NCBI GenBank assembly: GCA_976551045.1
Contig: CDPCPM010000020.1
Span: 2,418,001-2,482,000 of the forward strand
Length of the DNA: 64,000 nt
Direction of reading: 5' to 3'
Source: Glaucostegus cemiculus
Taxonomy: Eukaryota
Position 1 is the stretch's first letter; each line of letters starts with the position of its first letter. The position numbers and the translations under genes were made by a program. The notes beneath the pieces were generated by a model that searched no databases, was not told where the DNA came from, and saw only the letters and a program-made list of their open reading frames with translations. Shown here piece by piece: positions 10,406 through 23,629 of this stretch.

Positions 10406-12869
10406 TTTCAAAACAAACTAATGTATTCCATATTTTAAAAGTCCTGTATTAAAAATGATACACCTCCAAATGGTTTTATGGCTATTTCTGACCTCAGTGC
10501 CAGTGGAATCATACCCACCACTCATTGGCACCTACAAGATTATAAACACCAAAAGTGAAAGAAATATACAATTATTGTACAATACCAGTTTTGTAACAGG
10601 TGAAATGTGCATTCTGTATCAAAATACACAGAAAATAAACGTTTCCCCAAAAAGGATTCCAAGAATACTGTGGATTACAAAGAATTCTGTGGTTACTCTC
10701 ATTTAATTCCACCTCAATTACTGACATAAGGGAATTTTGACACTGCCAAAGAAAAATCAATGTTCCTGACATAAAGCAGCGTGCCAAAGAAATTGTGTCA
10801 TCTACTGAAAATACAAAGGACACTCAGCATTCAGAAGAATCAACTGACACTAAAAAGCCTGGATTTGAAATGTCACCACCAACAAATACACATGTACAAA
10901 ACATCCCACATTGCATGCATTCAAATTACAGAAAGCACATGTACAGGGTTGTAAAGATGGAGGTTATGCAAGCAAGCTCAAGTGTCAGAGGAGCAGTTAG
11001 TGACATGTGACTGCCAAGTTCAAATGGGACCAAGTAATTTATTTTTCCTTATTTCCCACCCCCCAAAGCTGAAAGAGGACAATATACAACTTAGTGGTGG
11101 CAGTATTGAGGACCATGTAGTATCTTCAAAGTATCAATATGTCCCAACATTTAACCTAGCACAATTTTACACCACACCAAAGAGAAAGCCTGACAAAATG
11201 AAGTTGGCATGCATGAAGACTTCAGCAGCAGTAAAGTCAGGGGCAGAATGGGTTAATACTATGGGAGATAGAAGTAGTAAGGCCTAGCTGTAATGCAGAT
11301 ATGCAAATTAAAAATCCAGATCATTTACAATGCCAAGATTACAAATCTTTTTGTTCAGCTTCAGCCATTTGCCAGAGAAGAATAAAAGTCTTCTCAATAT
11401 TTTGTTGGAAGGAAGCTCTTGCAGCATAAGATATCATTCAAGCAGTCTGACCATTTACAGCTAGTGGAGGGAGGAGTCAAGAGAGGTAGTCATGCAAAAA
11501 TGATGTCATTAGTACACATATTTAAACTAGTACCATGTTTTTTTTTGAAGGATGTTGCCAAGGGACTCATTTAGGTGAGAGGTTACAAACTATAGATCTC
11601 AAGCTGAGGCATAGGGTTCATTCCCCTTGGAGGGGAATTCTCCAGTATGCAGTACCCATTATCCAGATTAGGGTCCAAAATACACAGAATGACTCCTTTT
11701 CAAATGAGGCATATAACATTTAAAAAAGTGTTTTAAGTATTACTTACAGATATACTTGGAAGATTGCTACATCTACTTCTCACATTTGAGACTAAATCAC
11801 CACCTGTACTTGCTGGCTTACATTCAAACCCAAGTAATAATTTAGAATTCTCATCTGTTCTGCCTGCCCCCACCCCCACTTAATTACCTCCATGGTTTTT
11901 CCTTCCATCCAACTACCATTTCTGATCTTCCCTAACCCAATAACCACAAAATAACATTCCTTTAACTCTAGCTGCTTGATCACTTAGGATTTTGGCATGG
12001 CTGCTAATGGTGGAGCAATCAAAATCCTAAGCTTTAAAATTGCACCCCTTCTCAAACTTACCTTCAAGATGCTCTGGCTCTGAAAACCTTTGGAACTGGT
12101 ACTGCATCTCTAACAAAGCAGATGGTCAAATTTTTCCTCTGACAACTCAGTATCATGGAATGTTTTGTTACATTAAAGACACCTCCCTAAATGCAAATTG
12201 TTATCACATTACGTATTGCAACTTCAGAAAACCCCTGGAGAGCTTTTTTTAATAAAAGATTACAAGGTATTTATAGATCTGAGTATGAGAATCACTGGTT
12301 TACACTGCAGAAAAGTACTCAGAATCTGGAGCAATGAAAGGCCACATTCTTGTCATCCATGGAGGGAAAGACAGCCCAGCCCAGCTCTGAGCCTATGCAC
12401 TACAAAGGAAACCAGACGCCAGTTAGCTCAGTGACATTTGGTCTACAAGTTAGTTCAGCAGGTTTGTTATTTTACAGTATGAGAATACAGCATTAGAATT
12501 TTGATTGATTCTCATTGTGAAAGCTATGTTCTTGTAGAATGCTATTTTTGATTACATGAAAGTTTACAAATCAACCTCATTACTTGACAGCTTTTCACCA
12601 TACCTTCAGAGAAGCCAGGAGAATGTGTGATGGCATGCAGAAATTCAATGCATTTGGTACATATTATTATAGCCAATGCACTTGGTATATATGGTCAACT
12701 GGATATTGAGCAGGTCACAGGCACTTATTGGAGAAAGCCAAAATAGAGTGCACCAGGGACACATTTTCTACCACTGATATGAGAGTTATCAGGATATACA
12801 ACTGGATAGAGAGATATTCCAAAAGTGAAAAGTGATTATCTTTTTAAAATCAGGCTCAAAGGTCTGGTA

Positions 12870-13325
12870 GCTTTGAAGAGCACAACCCCACTCTCCCCAA
12901 TCACTTATCTTCATCCCCCTCATGGTTCCCATTATCACCTCCTTTACTAAGAGTCCACTGGTTGCTCTGTGTTTGTGCTCATCTCCCTCCAGCAGCCATC
13001 TCCAATATTCACAATCCCTTCCTCCCACTGTGCCCCACCTGCCTCCACCTATCATTCATCTGCCACTGTATCTAAATTCCATCCCTCTCCCCTGCCTGGC
13101 ACAACCTGCATGTCCTTTTACACCCCTCAGTCCACCAATCACCTGACTGTCTCACCACCCCCTCTTTATACTGGCCAGTTTCCCCCTCCGTCCTGATGCA
13201 GGATTTCAACCCAAAACATTGACAATTCCTCCCCCTTCCCCCCCCCCCCATCACTACAGATGAGACCTACTGAATTCCTCCAGCAAATTGTTTGTTGCTC
13301 TAGATTCCACTATCTTGTGTCTCCA
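12870..13325 (+). mobile_element. Penelope-like 3' end/pLTR remnant
   Basis: C/T-rich tract followed by gtcctgatgcaggatttcaacccaaaacattgac and gacctactgaattcctccagca...ctctagattcca. Confidence 0.7.
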
Positions 13326-15760
13326 TTGTTCCTGTTGTATCTCCTTGCAGCATAGTAATAAATGCCAGGTATCAGCTGGGAAGCTCAATGTTAGCCATTC
13401 ACCATGCTATTATGCCCTTCCTGGAATTGTGCACATCACTCCATGACCCTACACCCTGCTACAGGTTTGGAAACAATCCTATGATCCCACTTCTACCTCA
13501 AACAGGCCAATTCGTGTTTTTGTTTTATTTGCTATTGCTGCACACTGATGACAATGACAACATCCTGTCCACCAATTCAAATGTCTCCCCTCATCACCAA
13601 CAGACCTTGTTCCTGAGCTTTACTTTGTGGACCATTTAGGGTTCAGTGCCAGTAATTATTCTCCTTCAAGATGTCACCATTAAATTCCTTATTTCTCAGC
13701 TTGGCCCCCAATCAGCCTGGTTTTTGTGATTTACAATTTCTTTCCCACCTCGGTAACTTAAATTTTCTTAGAAATGTCTACAACCACACTGCTAGAACAC
13801 AGTCTTTGGCCACTTGATTAAGCACCTTTTGCCATTTAAACATGTCCATCTATAACACTGTCTGCCTCTCAGTTTATTACAGGGTGGTGGGAAAACAACA
13901 ATTACAGTTTGCATGGTGTTGATAGGGGACTGTACCCAAAGCAAAAACTGACAGCCCAAGGCAAATAGTAGTTGTGCAATAAGACGGGAAGAGGTGGAGT
14001 GTATGAGTTAGTATTACCCATAGTCCCCTTATAATTTGTTGCAAAGATATGGTAGACTTCTCTTCCATATCAATGTTATGTACCTCCATAGCCCAAGTTC
14101 AACTGTTGAGATTTATTTTAGAATGCATGCTAACAGTCGACAGAGGTCAGAATACAACTATGTTAATGAGAGAGAAAAAAATGACACATCATTGCTTCAA
14201 GGATCTTGCTTCAGGAGAAAATGCATGGGGTTGTAGAGAGAATGTACAAACTTCAAAAGAATCTTATTCAGAAAATTGGATGAACCAGTTAGGTGATATC
14301 TTGCACTATACTCAAGACCAGGGTTGCCTGGTTACACATATCCAAGGTTACAAAGTAATTTGGTCACAGCTATCACTTTTCTCTTTGGAAGTTGAAGCAC
14401 TCACTACTTTTTTTTTTGAAGAGAGTTTGTTGTAATAAATGAAACCTTGAAGAATTTATCCATCCTGCAGTTAGTCTCAAAATTACTGCAGTGGACAATA
14501 GCAAAAATATCTTCCAGAATATTTCTCAACAAAATTATCTAAATTAAACATTCCCTGAACCAGGCAGGCTGTAATATTACAAAGCACTGCAACTGACCAG
14601 CCAATCTGTCCCAGTCCCACCAAGAAATAGCAAGCAACTCAATGCCCACTGCTAAACAAGGGAATTGCTGTGCATATTTGGACAACATTTAGAGTTGAGT
14701 ATTCACTTCATCTCAAATACATTAACTCTGTTAGAGGGAGTCTTTCAATAGCTTAGATTGAAATCTCACCAACTAGGTAAATAGGCTTCCAATGTCAATG
14801 CCCATCAGACAACAACCATTATGCAAGAAAGGAGCATCAGAAAGTCTCAAAGAACAGACCAATTAACTCCAATTCTTGATCAGAATGTAGCTCAGTGTTT
14901 AAAGACAGGAGTATTGTAGCACAACAACCTGATGTGCACAGCACACAAAAAATAAATCAATTAACTTGCTAATCAAACTTCTCACTAGGTACAGCCACAC
15001 TTTATGCACATCCCTTTCTTTTCATCAACTACTGCCCCTCAACTTTAGGCAATGTCTATCCCTCAATCACCTTCCAGACTAAAGATTCTACCCAGCACAC
15101 ATGACTCACTCAGATGTCTTATCTTTCTCTACTTGTATAGGATTAGAGCACAGAAAAGAGGGAATGAGAGATAACCAGAAATTCAACTAACTGCACATGC
15201 CAACTGGTTTAGAAAGGTACAATTTTGAAGACAATATGCTCAGACTGCCCACACCTTCACAATGAAAAATACAAAGTAACTTCCCAGAATATGCTCTACT
15301 CATATTTGATTTATATAATACATCAAGCCCATGACTGCTCAATTGTAACCAACATACAAAGTGCTACAAACCAAGGGGCTAAAGGAGAAACTGAGCCAGA
15401 TGTCTGATGGCATTATATTATGAGAAAGGCTCCAGTGTAGTGAACACCAAGAAAACACTCCTCAATGAAAGCAAAGGTCTTGTCTCCTATTCTTTTGTTC
15501 AAATCTGCTCAACATCTACTGTAATATTATCAAAGATGTGTCTAATTATTTACTCCAAATTATGATCAGGTTTCAGTGACATTTGCTGTACTTGTCTTGA
15601 TCCTCCCATTCTCAAATAGTCATCACCTGGCACTCTATTCTCAATTCTGCACTTTTTCTCCTCAGCTTTTACTTCATACTCAAGGTAGCCACACCCACTC
15701 ATAGGGTAAAAATTAGGCAATTTAATACCCTTGCATCTTTCAATATGATCAATTTACCAT

Positions 15761-16470
15761 GAGGAGGCAGTGGCACAGTGGTATCATCATTGGACTAATA
15801 ATCTAGATACCCAGCGCAAAAGTCCTTGGGACCCGGGTTCAAATCCCACCACAGAAGAGGGTGGGAAATTTGAATTCTGGAATAAGTCTAATGATAACCA
15901 TGAACACCATAGTTAATGTGGCACATAGTTGATTTTTGTAAAGAACCATCTGGTTCACTACTGCCCTGTAGGTGGAGGAAATCTGCATTCCTGACCTGGT
16001 CTGGCCTACACACGACTCCAGACCCACAGCATTGAGAGTGACTCTTAACTGCCCTCTGAAATGGCTGAGCAAGTCACTGGAAAGGCATAAAGAAAACAAA
16101 ACATCACCAGAATCAACCAAAACACTGGAAATGACAACAGCAAAAACTGCCTTGTCAACCCTGGAGAGTCCTTAGCACACCTGGAGGTCATCTCAGGTTA
16201 GTCCAGCAACAGCCTGCCATCGACTGCAAGTATGTTCCCAGCATATGATTATGTCCCAGACACCACCTAGAAGTTGCCCTCCAAACCACACACCATACTG
16301 ACTTGGTAATGCATTACCATTCCTTCATCACTGGGTCAAAATCCTGGCACTCCCTCCCTAACAAGTGTAGGTATCCCCACACCTCAAGGGCTGTAGTGGT
16401 TCAAGGCAGTAGCTCACCACCACCTTCAATGCTGGCTCAGTCTGAAGCCCACATCCCTCAAATAATAAAA
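15761..16470 (+). mobile_element. tRNA-headed SINE-like element with LINE-derived middle and 3' tail
   Basis: A-box TGGCACAGTGG (15771-15781), B-box GGTTCAAATCC (15836-15846). The 3' part (16260-16460) matches LINE tails at 32600-32830 (-), 52215-52450 (-) and 63240-63330 (+). Confidence 0.75.
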
Positions 16471-17309
16471 AACAATACATCTGTTTTAATAGCCCTATCC
16501 GATAAAATCCAGTAATCTCCATCATCCAAACAACAGCATTTGAAACATTTCCAGCTTTGCACAGCACCCACGTGCAAAAGTAAAACATAACTTCACTCAA
16601 ATGTCTAGTTCTAATTTTAAGATTGTTTTGTGTTCCAGATTCCTCCACAGAAGAATATCTTTGCATTTCCCATACTGAAGCCTTTTCAAAAAAAATCAGG
16701 TTAAACACCAATTAGATCACCACCTTCTAACACAAATACAAGCAAAGTTTATGCAACCTGATAGAACTGAACTTTCAAAGACACACTTGCACTCTGAATC
16801 TGATCATGACAAGGTGTCAGCTCTTGTTCACCCAAAAACTCATTAGCTCCAGGTCTTTCTATAATATAGATTAGAGTCAAGGTATAAAAATGCCCAAGAT
16901 TTATCATTTCACGATGAAAATCACTGCCCTAAACCAGAAAGATGCATCTCTTCCTGAAATAAAAAAAAAGTGCTTAGTTTTAAATTTTAGATTGCCAACA
17001 TATGCAGTTTTAGCCTTACAAATTCCTACATCTTCCCAAGAGCTACAACTGTGTAGCTCTGCTCCTAGTCACATTGGGACATTCACTTCCAAGAGCAACC
17101 CATCCTCGGATTCAATATTCCCGAGTTAACTTCATGCTCCCCTTCCGATAAAGGGGACACTAACACCCAACATCAAACCTGATTGCAATATTTACCTGGG
17201 AAACATTGTACATTTAAATCTGAAAAATATACTCCTGCTTGGAATTGAAGTTGTGATGTTAAGTATTTTGACCTTGCTACTGAGAGCAGCAATTAGTACA
17301 GCCTGAATC

Positions 17310-18160
17310 AGATGACACCAAAATTAGTGGTATAGTGGATAGTGAAGGTTGCCTATGGATTATTGATCCATAAGTGGTCAAAGGAATGGCTGATAGAATT
17401 TTATTTGGACAAGTGCAAAGTGCTGCATTTTGGGAAGTTAAAGCAGACCAGAACATACAGTGAATGGCAGTGCCCCAGGGAACATTGTTAACCAGAGACC
17501 CAAGGATGCAGGTACATAGTTCTCTAAAAGTGGTGACACAGGTAGACAGGGTTGTGAAGGTGGTGTTTGGCACACTGGTCTTCAATCATGGCATTGTGTA
17601 CAGGAATTAAGACATCATGTAAGTTATACTAATTATTGGCAAGACCACACTTCAAATATCATGTACAGTTCTGGTCACCATGCTATAGGAAGGATGTGAG
17701 CAAGCTAGAGAGGGTGCAGAAAATATTCACAGGAATGTTGCCTGGACTGGATGGCTTAGTTAGGAGAGATGGAGACTAATTTCCCTGGAGTGAAGGAGGC
17801 TTAGGGGCGACCTTAGAAGTTTATAAAATTACATGAGGCACAGATAGGGTGGATAGTCAGTCTCTCTTTCCTCCCCCCACCCCCCAAGGTAGGGGGAGTT
17901 AAAAACTAAATAAGCTCAAGCTGAGAGGGTTTAAGAGGGGATCAGAGGGACAAGTTTCCCCCCCCCCCCCCCCCCCCCAGAGGGCAGTGGAACAAGCTGC
18001 AAGGAGGTGATAGAGGCAGGTACAATTAGAACATTTAAAAGACGTTCAGACAGGTAAACAGATGGGAAAAGGTTTTTGAGGGATATGGGCAAAACACAGG
18101 CAAATGGGACTAGTGGCATGGACAAATTGAGCCAAAGGGCCTGTTTCTATGCTGTACAAC
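17310..18160 (+). mobile_element. CR1 3' fragment (RT C-terminus and 3'UTR)
   Basis: gatgacaccaaaattagtgg (DDTKI), agaccacactt...cagttctggtcacc, ends gggcctgtttctatgctgtacaactatga. Confidence 0.85.
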
Positions 18161-19679
18161 TATGAATGCAAGAATTCAACCCCATGATTGAATGTCTAGT
18201 ATACATTCAATAGCCTCACTATGGATAGTGAAAAGTTGACTTATCAAATTTTCCAATTACTTCAACCACAATAGCTACAGAGGAAGTGGGACTGATTTGC
18301 TATTGGCCAAGAGGAATTTGTACCCCAACAACTTGCCTGCTTATGGTTTTCCTGCCCACCAATAAGCCTCTAAACTGCATCTGGGTTGCCCTACTTCATT
18401 TTTATGCCAAACAAAGATTTGCAGTAAGAGATGGTAGGCAATTCAAAAGTGGCAGAGCTGTTCTCTGGTAACATCCAGATGCACTGGGGTGCCTGGTAAG
18501 CAGGGGGAGTGGGGCTACAACTATCCTCCAACAAACTGGGGAGCCAAAGCTCCAGACTCCTGTCCAATGACACTTTGCCAAATACTATATGCATGTGGAA
18601 AGTGTACAAATGCCTCTTGGCCAATAGAAAATGGTGGAAGGGAGGTAGTTTAGATGAGGAAAAAGGAGGCAAGGGAACAAAAGGGGAAGAAGACCAAGAG
18701 GGAAAACCAAGAGGTCACATTATAGAGAGCATGGCACAGTTACAGCAGGAGAGTAATTTGCTGATGGGGGTAGGGAAGATTTGAAAATACCAAATATTGT
18801 TTGAGGCAAGTCTGCCTTAGACTTCAATTCATAAATAAGTCAAAGGCCAAGTGGTGCTTTTTCATTACCCAACATCCTTGCCACACAAATAGATGCATTC
18901 AACATGCTCAAAGCTCAGCAAAACTTAGAAATCGATAAAGCATTATAGTTCACATAATTACTGCCCTTTAAATGCAAATCTATGTCACAATTTTCCAATA
19001 TGCTGAGTAATCTCACCATTGGCATTCAATTTCAACTTCAACACATAGTCAATACTTTTTCTGCTCTTTATTTTCTCCATTAAAAGTAGCATACAAAATT
19101 CTCATGGAGATTATATTGTCTAAAGTATTAGAACTGCCGCAGCAGAGGGGCCGAGAACCCTGCACTTCAGTCATAGCCTCCAAGGTGCTTTTGACAATTC
19201 CCTTTGGGGCAGTTCCATTTAAATTTACCTTGCTAAAGAAGGGAATCTTTCTCCCACTCAAGATACAAAAATGAAATACTGCTTATCCTGGAAAATTCCA
19301 CCAAGAGGTCACTGCCATAAAATGTTAACTTGGTTTCTCTCTTAACAGATGGTATTGACCATTTCTAGCAGGTTTTTATTACCACAGCTCATGTTAAGAT
19401 GCTAGTTCAGTGAGAGGAATAGAATCACACCCCACACCTTCCTCCTGTTGCCATCAAGTTACACATCTCAAAATGGATTCCAAAGATTTCATTACAGAAA
19501 GGGATTTCCTCAGTAACACAGCTAATCCTCTACTCTCTGCATTGCACTAACAATCCTCTATCTGCACTAACATTTTAGTGCCCAATCCTATGAACCCTAC
19601 AACAGGTTGCAGCAAAAAAAAAATGGCAAATCAAACACTGATCAAAAACTCAGATACACCACACTGATTTCCCCCTTAA

Positions 19680-20950
19680 TTACCTTATTAGTTGCATCCT
19701 GAAAATACTCAGATTTGTCAGATACTAACCCTAGACTCTGCTTACCAGTATGATTTTCCAAGTTCTGTTACCACACTTAAAGGTTACTGCATTTTGCTGG
19801 CATTATGCATTGGGCTAATGGGTATGAATTCCTTTCTTTCCCTCCTTCCCTGCACAGCACTGCAGCATGACATTTGCTACCATTCTAATCTGCTAGAAAT
19901 GTTCCAGAATACAACATTTTGGAAGATGACTTCTAATGCATCAACCAACTCTGCAACCACCTCTTTCAAAACAAGGATGCAGGCCATCAGATGCAGGGGA
20001 TTCCTCAGTTATCAGTCCCCTTTATTTCTCCAGTACTTTCTCTTTAGGTGATACAGAAGACTTTAAATTTCTTGCTGTCATTAGACCCTTGCTTCCCTTC
20101 CTTTACTGTTACTTCTGCAGCAAAGACAAATAGAAAATATTTAATGCTTCTGCCAATTTATTCCCCATTATAAATTATGGGCTTTTTAAGTTGAACCTAA
20201 ATTTCTTGATAATTTACTGTCCTAATTCATCTCATCCCTTTTAACCAATATTTAGTCACTCATTCCTACCTCTGGAAAAAATCTCCCAGCCCTCAAGCTT
20301 ACTGAATTTTTGGCAACACAAGCTTTTTTCTGAAAAAAATCATCAAGCACCTTAATCAACCATTGATAGATAAACTCCACATGGAAAGTTATTTCTCAAT
20401 GGAATACAAAGAATTAATTTTTTTTTTAAATACATGCTATTGCTGACCTACAAACAAATATTTTTAATCTAAAGTTTCCCAACCCACTTTAGCCAAAAAC
20501 ACCCACCACAGCCATCAATGCCAAGCTCTAGTTTCCAACTGACCCATCACCATTGAATTACATTCAAAATTCAATGATTTTTTTCCTTTGATGATCCCCA
20601 TACCACAAGATTACTAATTAACCTCATCTTAAGCAAAATAAAGGTGACAATAGCCCATTCCCCAATTGGCTCTGATGCACCATTGACCTGAATGATCCCA
20701 TGCTCCAAACTACTTTTGCCAAATTTGGTCTTTACAGAAAATAGGAGCAGGAGTAGTCCACGTGGCCCCTCAAGCTCATCTTCTACCTTCCTCCCCAAAT
20801 ACTCTATGATCATGGCTAAGCTGCCCCAGGCCTCATCTCTTCCTCGGTCAGTTTCTCAATGTTCAATTACCTTATCTTTCAAATGTTTAATCTATTTCCT
20901 CCAAGTACCCCTCAATCCTCCAGAGTAGAGAATTTAAAAGATTCACCACA
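19680..20950 (-). mobile_element. Old minus-strand CR1 fragments
   Basis: Antisense decayed ORF2 (19680-20720) plus a CR1 3' end (aaataggagcaggagtag...ggcccctcaagc, 20740-20950). Confidence 0.55.
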
Positions 20951-22925
20951 CTCTTCAGGTCCACGTGGAGATTAGTCCTCCATTACCCTTGGTTAACTTT
21001 TTATACAAACTTTATCCATTCAGAATTCAGGACTGGTATGTTCCAGTAAAGAGGAAAGACAAGGATGGCAATGTTCAGGAACCTTGGATGAAGGGAGTTT
21101 TAAATTTAGTTAAGAAAGAGGAAGCATATGCAAGGTTTAGAAAGGTTCACTTGAGGAATATTATTTTTTACAAAAAGCAGGAAAGAACAAGCAGGGTATT
21201 AGGAGGGTCAAAGGGGGCCATGAGATGTCCTTGGCTAGTAGGATTAAGGAAAATCCAAAGGATAGTTAGGTAGAGTAGGACCACAAGGATAAAATGGAGG
21301 GAATCTGTGCCCAAACCCAGAAGATGTGGTGACGTACTAAACAAGTACTTCACATAGATTCACTAAGGATAGCAAGATCAATGAGGGGTGTGCTGATGTT
21401 CTATGGCACGTTAAGAAGCTGGTGCTGCTGTTGGGAGTATTGAAATGCATTAAGGCAAATAAGTTCCAGGGGCCTGATGGGATCTATCCCAGGTTATGAA
21501 GGTCAAGACAGGAGATTGCTTGACAAAGATCGTATCAAGCCCCAGGTGAGATCCTGGAGGACCTGAGAGTAGCCAATGTTGTTCCTCTGTTTGAGGGCAA
21601 TAGAGACCAAATTGGAAATTATAGGCCAGTGAGCCTTGCATTAATGGTAGGGAAACTACTGAAGATTTACAGATAGGATCTACTCACATCTGGAAAACAT
21701 GACCTTATTAGGAATAGTCAACATGGCTTTGAGGGGCAGGTCACATCTTACAAACTTGATTGAATTTTGAGGTGATGAAGACGAGGGTAGGGCAGTGAAT
21801 TTGACTACATTGATTTTATCAAGGCATTTGATGAGGCCCCTCATGGTAGGCTGATCCAGAAGACTGAAGTGCATGGGATCCACAGATTGGATCCAAAACT
21901 GGCTTGGCCATAGAAAACAGAGGGCAGTGGTAGAGGGGTGTTATTATGGCTGGAGGTGTGACCAGTGGCATTCTGCAAGGATCAGTGCTGACTTGTACAA
22001 AAATGAAGGTGGGTTAGTTGGTTAGTAAGTTTGCAGAAGACCAAAAAACTAAAATTAGTGAGTTGTAGATAATGAAGTTAGTTATCAAAGGATACAGCAG
22101 GATATGGATCAGTTGCAGATATGGGTAGAGAAATGGCAGTTAGGGTTTAATCTGGCAAGTGTGAGGTGTTGCACTTTAGAAAGTCAAACACAAGGGGACA
22201 GTACACAGTAAATGACAGGACCCTTGATGTAGAGGGGGATCTTGGGGTGCAAATCCTTAGCTCCCTGTATGTGGCAAATGCAAGTAGATAGTGTGGTAAA
22301 GGTAGCATATGGCATACTTGCTAATTTTTATACCTAGCATCCTGACCACTGAAGGCAAGTCATGTTACAGCTGTATTAACTTGGTTAGGCCTCACTTGGA
22401 GTATTGTATGTTGTTCTGGTCGCCACATTACATGATATGGAAGCTTTGGAGAGGGTGCAGAAGAGTCTCACTAGGATGTTGCCTGGATTAGAGTGTATTA
22501 GCTAATAAAGAGCTTGGACAGACTTGGGTTGTTCTCTCTGGAGCTTTAGAGGCAGAGGGGAGACCTGATAGAAGTATACAAAATTATGAAAGGCAAAGAT
22601 AGGGTAGATGGAGTAGTTCTCTCTTCTTTCCCCCTGCCCACATGCCCCCCCCCCCCCCCACCAAGGATAGAAATGTCAAATACAAGAGGGCATAGCTTTA
22701 AGGTGAGAGGGAAAGAATTTAAGGGGGATGTGCAGGGTAAGTTTTTGTTTTAAGGTTGAAGCAAACACTGTAGTGGCATTTAAGAGGCATTTAGACAGGC
22801 ACATGAACAGGTGGGGAATGAAGGGATATGTGTCATGTGCAAATACATGGGATTAGTTTCACTTGGCATCATGGTCAGCACAGACATCGTGGGCTGAAGG
22901 GCCTGTGCTGTACTGTTCTATGTTG
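20950..22925 (+). mobile_element. Decayed CR1 ORF2 and 3'UTR
   Basis: ggcctgatgggatctatcccagg (GPDGIYPR), aattataggccagtgagcct (NYRPVS), aagtttgcagaagac, LVRPHLEYC in ORF 22309-22491, tail gggctgaagggcctgtgctgtactgttctatgtt. Confidence 0.88.
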
Positions 22926-23629
22926 CAATCTGGAGCAAAAAACAAAATGGTGGCAGACTCAATCACTTTCTAGCCTTCAGTTTGAATGAAGACCTACACT
23001 TTTAAAAGCATATCAAATATAGGCAAGATAGTCAAATTATACAATACACAAAAAATTTCCAGCAAACTTTTGTAAAATATCAAGCTTTACATCCAGTGAA
23101 ATTTTGTGATACATGTTATACCAAACTCAAACCAAACACTGGGGTTTATCTATGTAGAGGTAAAATTGAAAACTTTACCCAAACCTGTTAGGATAACTGT
23201 ATTGCAGTGTTTTGGTCACCATATTAAAATGAGGAAGGAAAATTGTTAAGAGTGCAGAAGTGTTTAACACTGAATGATACCAGAAAAGTAAGGGTATAAA
23301 GATGAACAACTGGGTCTCTTTTCTCCTGAAGAGAGGCTGAAGGAGAATCTAACCAGACTCTTTCAAATGATGAAAAGTTTGGATGAAGTGGATAGCTCCC
23401 ACTCATACAGAAAAGCCTAACTGGATAATTATCTTGCATGGAAGCCTTCAAAGAGCAACGAGAATGTGCAACCCATGAAAGTGTGCTTGAACCAAATAGT
23501 ATAGATGTATTTAAGGGGAAGCTGGACAAACAAGGGCAAAAAAAATTTAAATAAAGGAAGTGGCTCAAATGGAGCATAAAGTTTGGTTTCAATGGCTTGT
23601 TTCTGTGCCACACAAAACTGGATGAACCA

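Noticed and set aside
15771-15850. tRNA gene
   Set aside because: A/B boxes are present but no cloverleaf; it is a SINE head.
17196-17219. Candidate 24-nt micro-exon (ttttcag|...CAG|gtaaat); similar candidates at 10515-10531 and ~29864-29877
   Set aside because: Such splice-site pairs are expected by chance in ~25 kb of AT-rich intron, and the last lies in a decayed LINE-like fragment.
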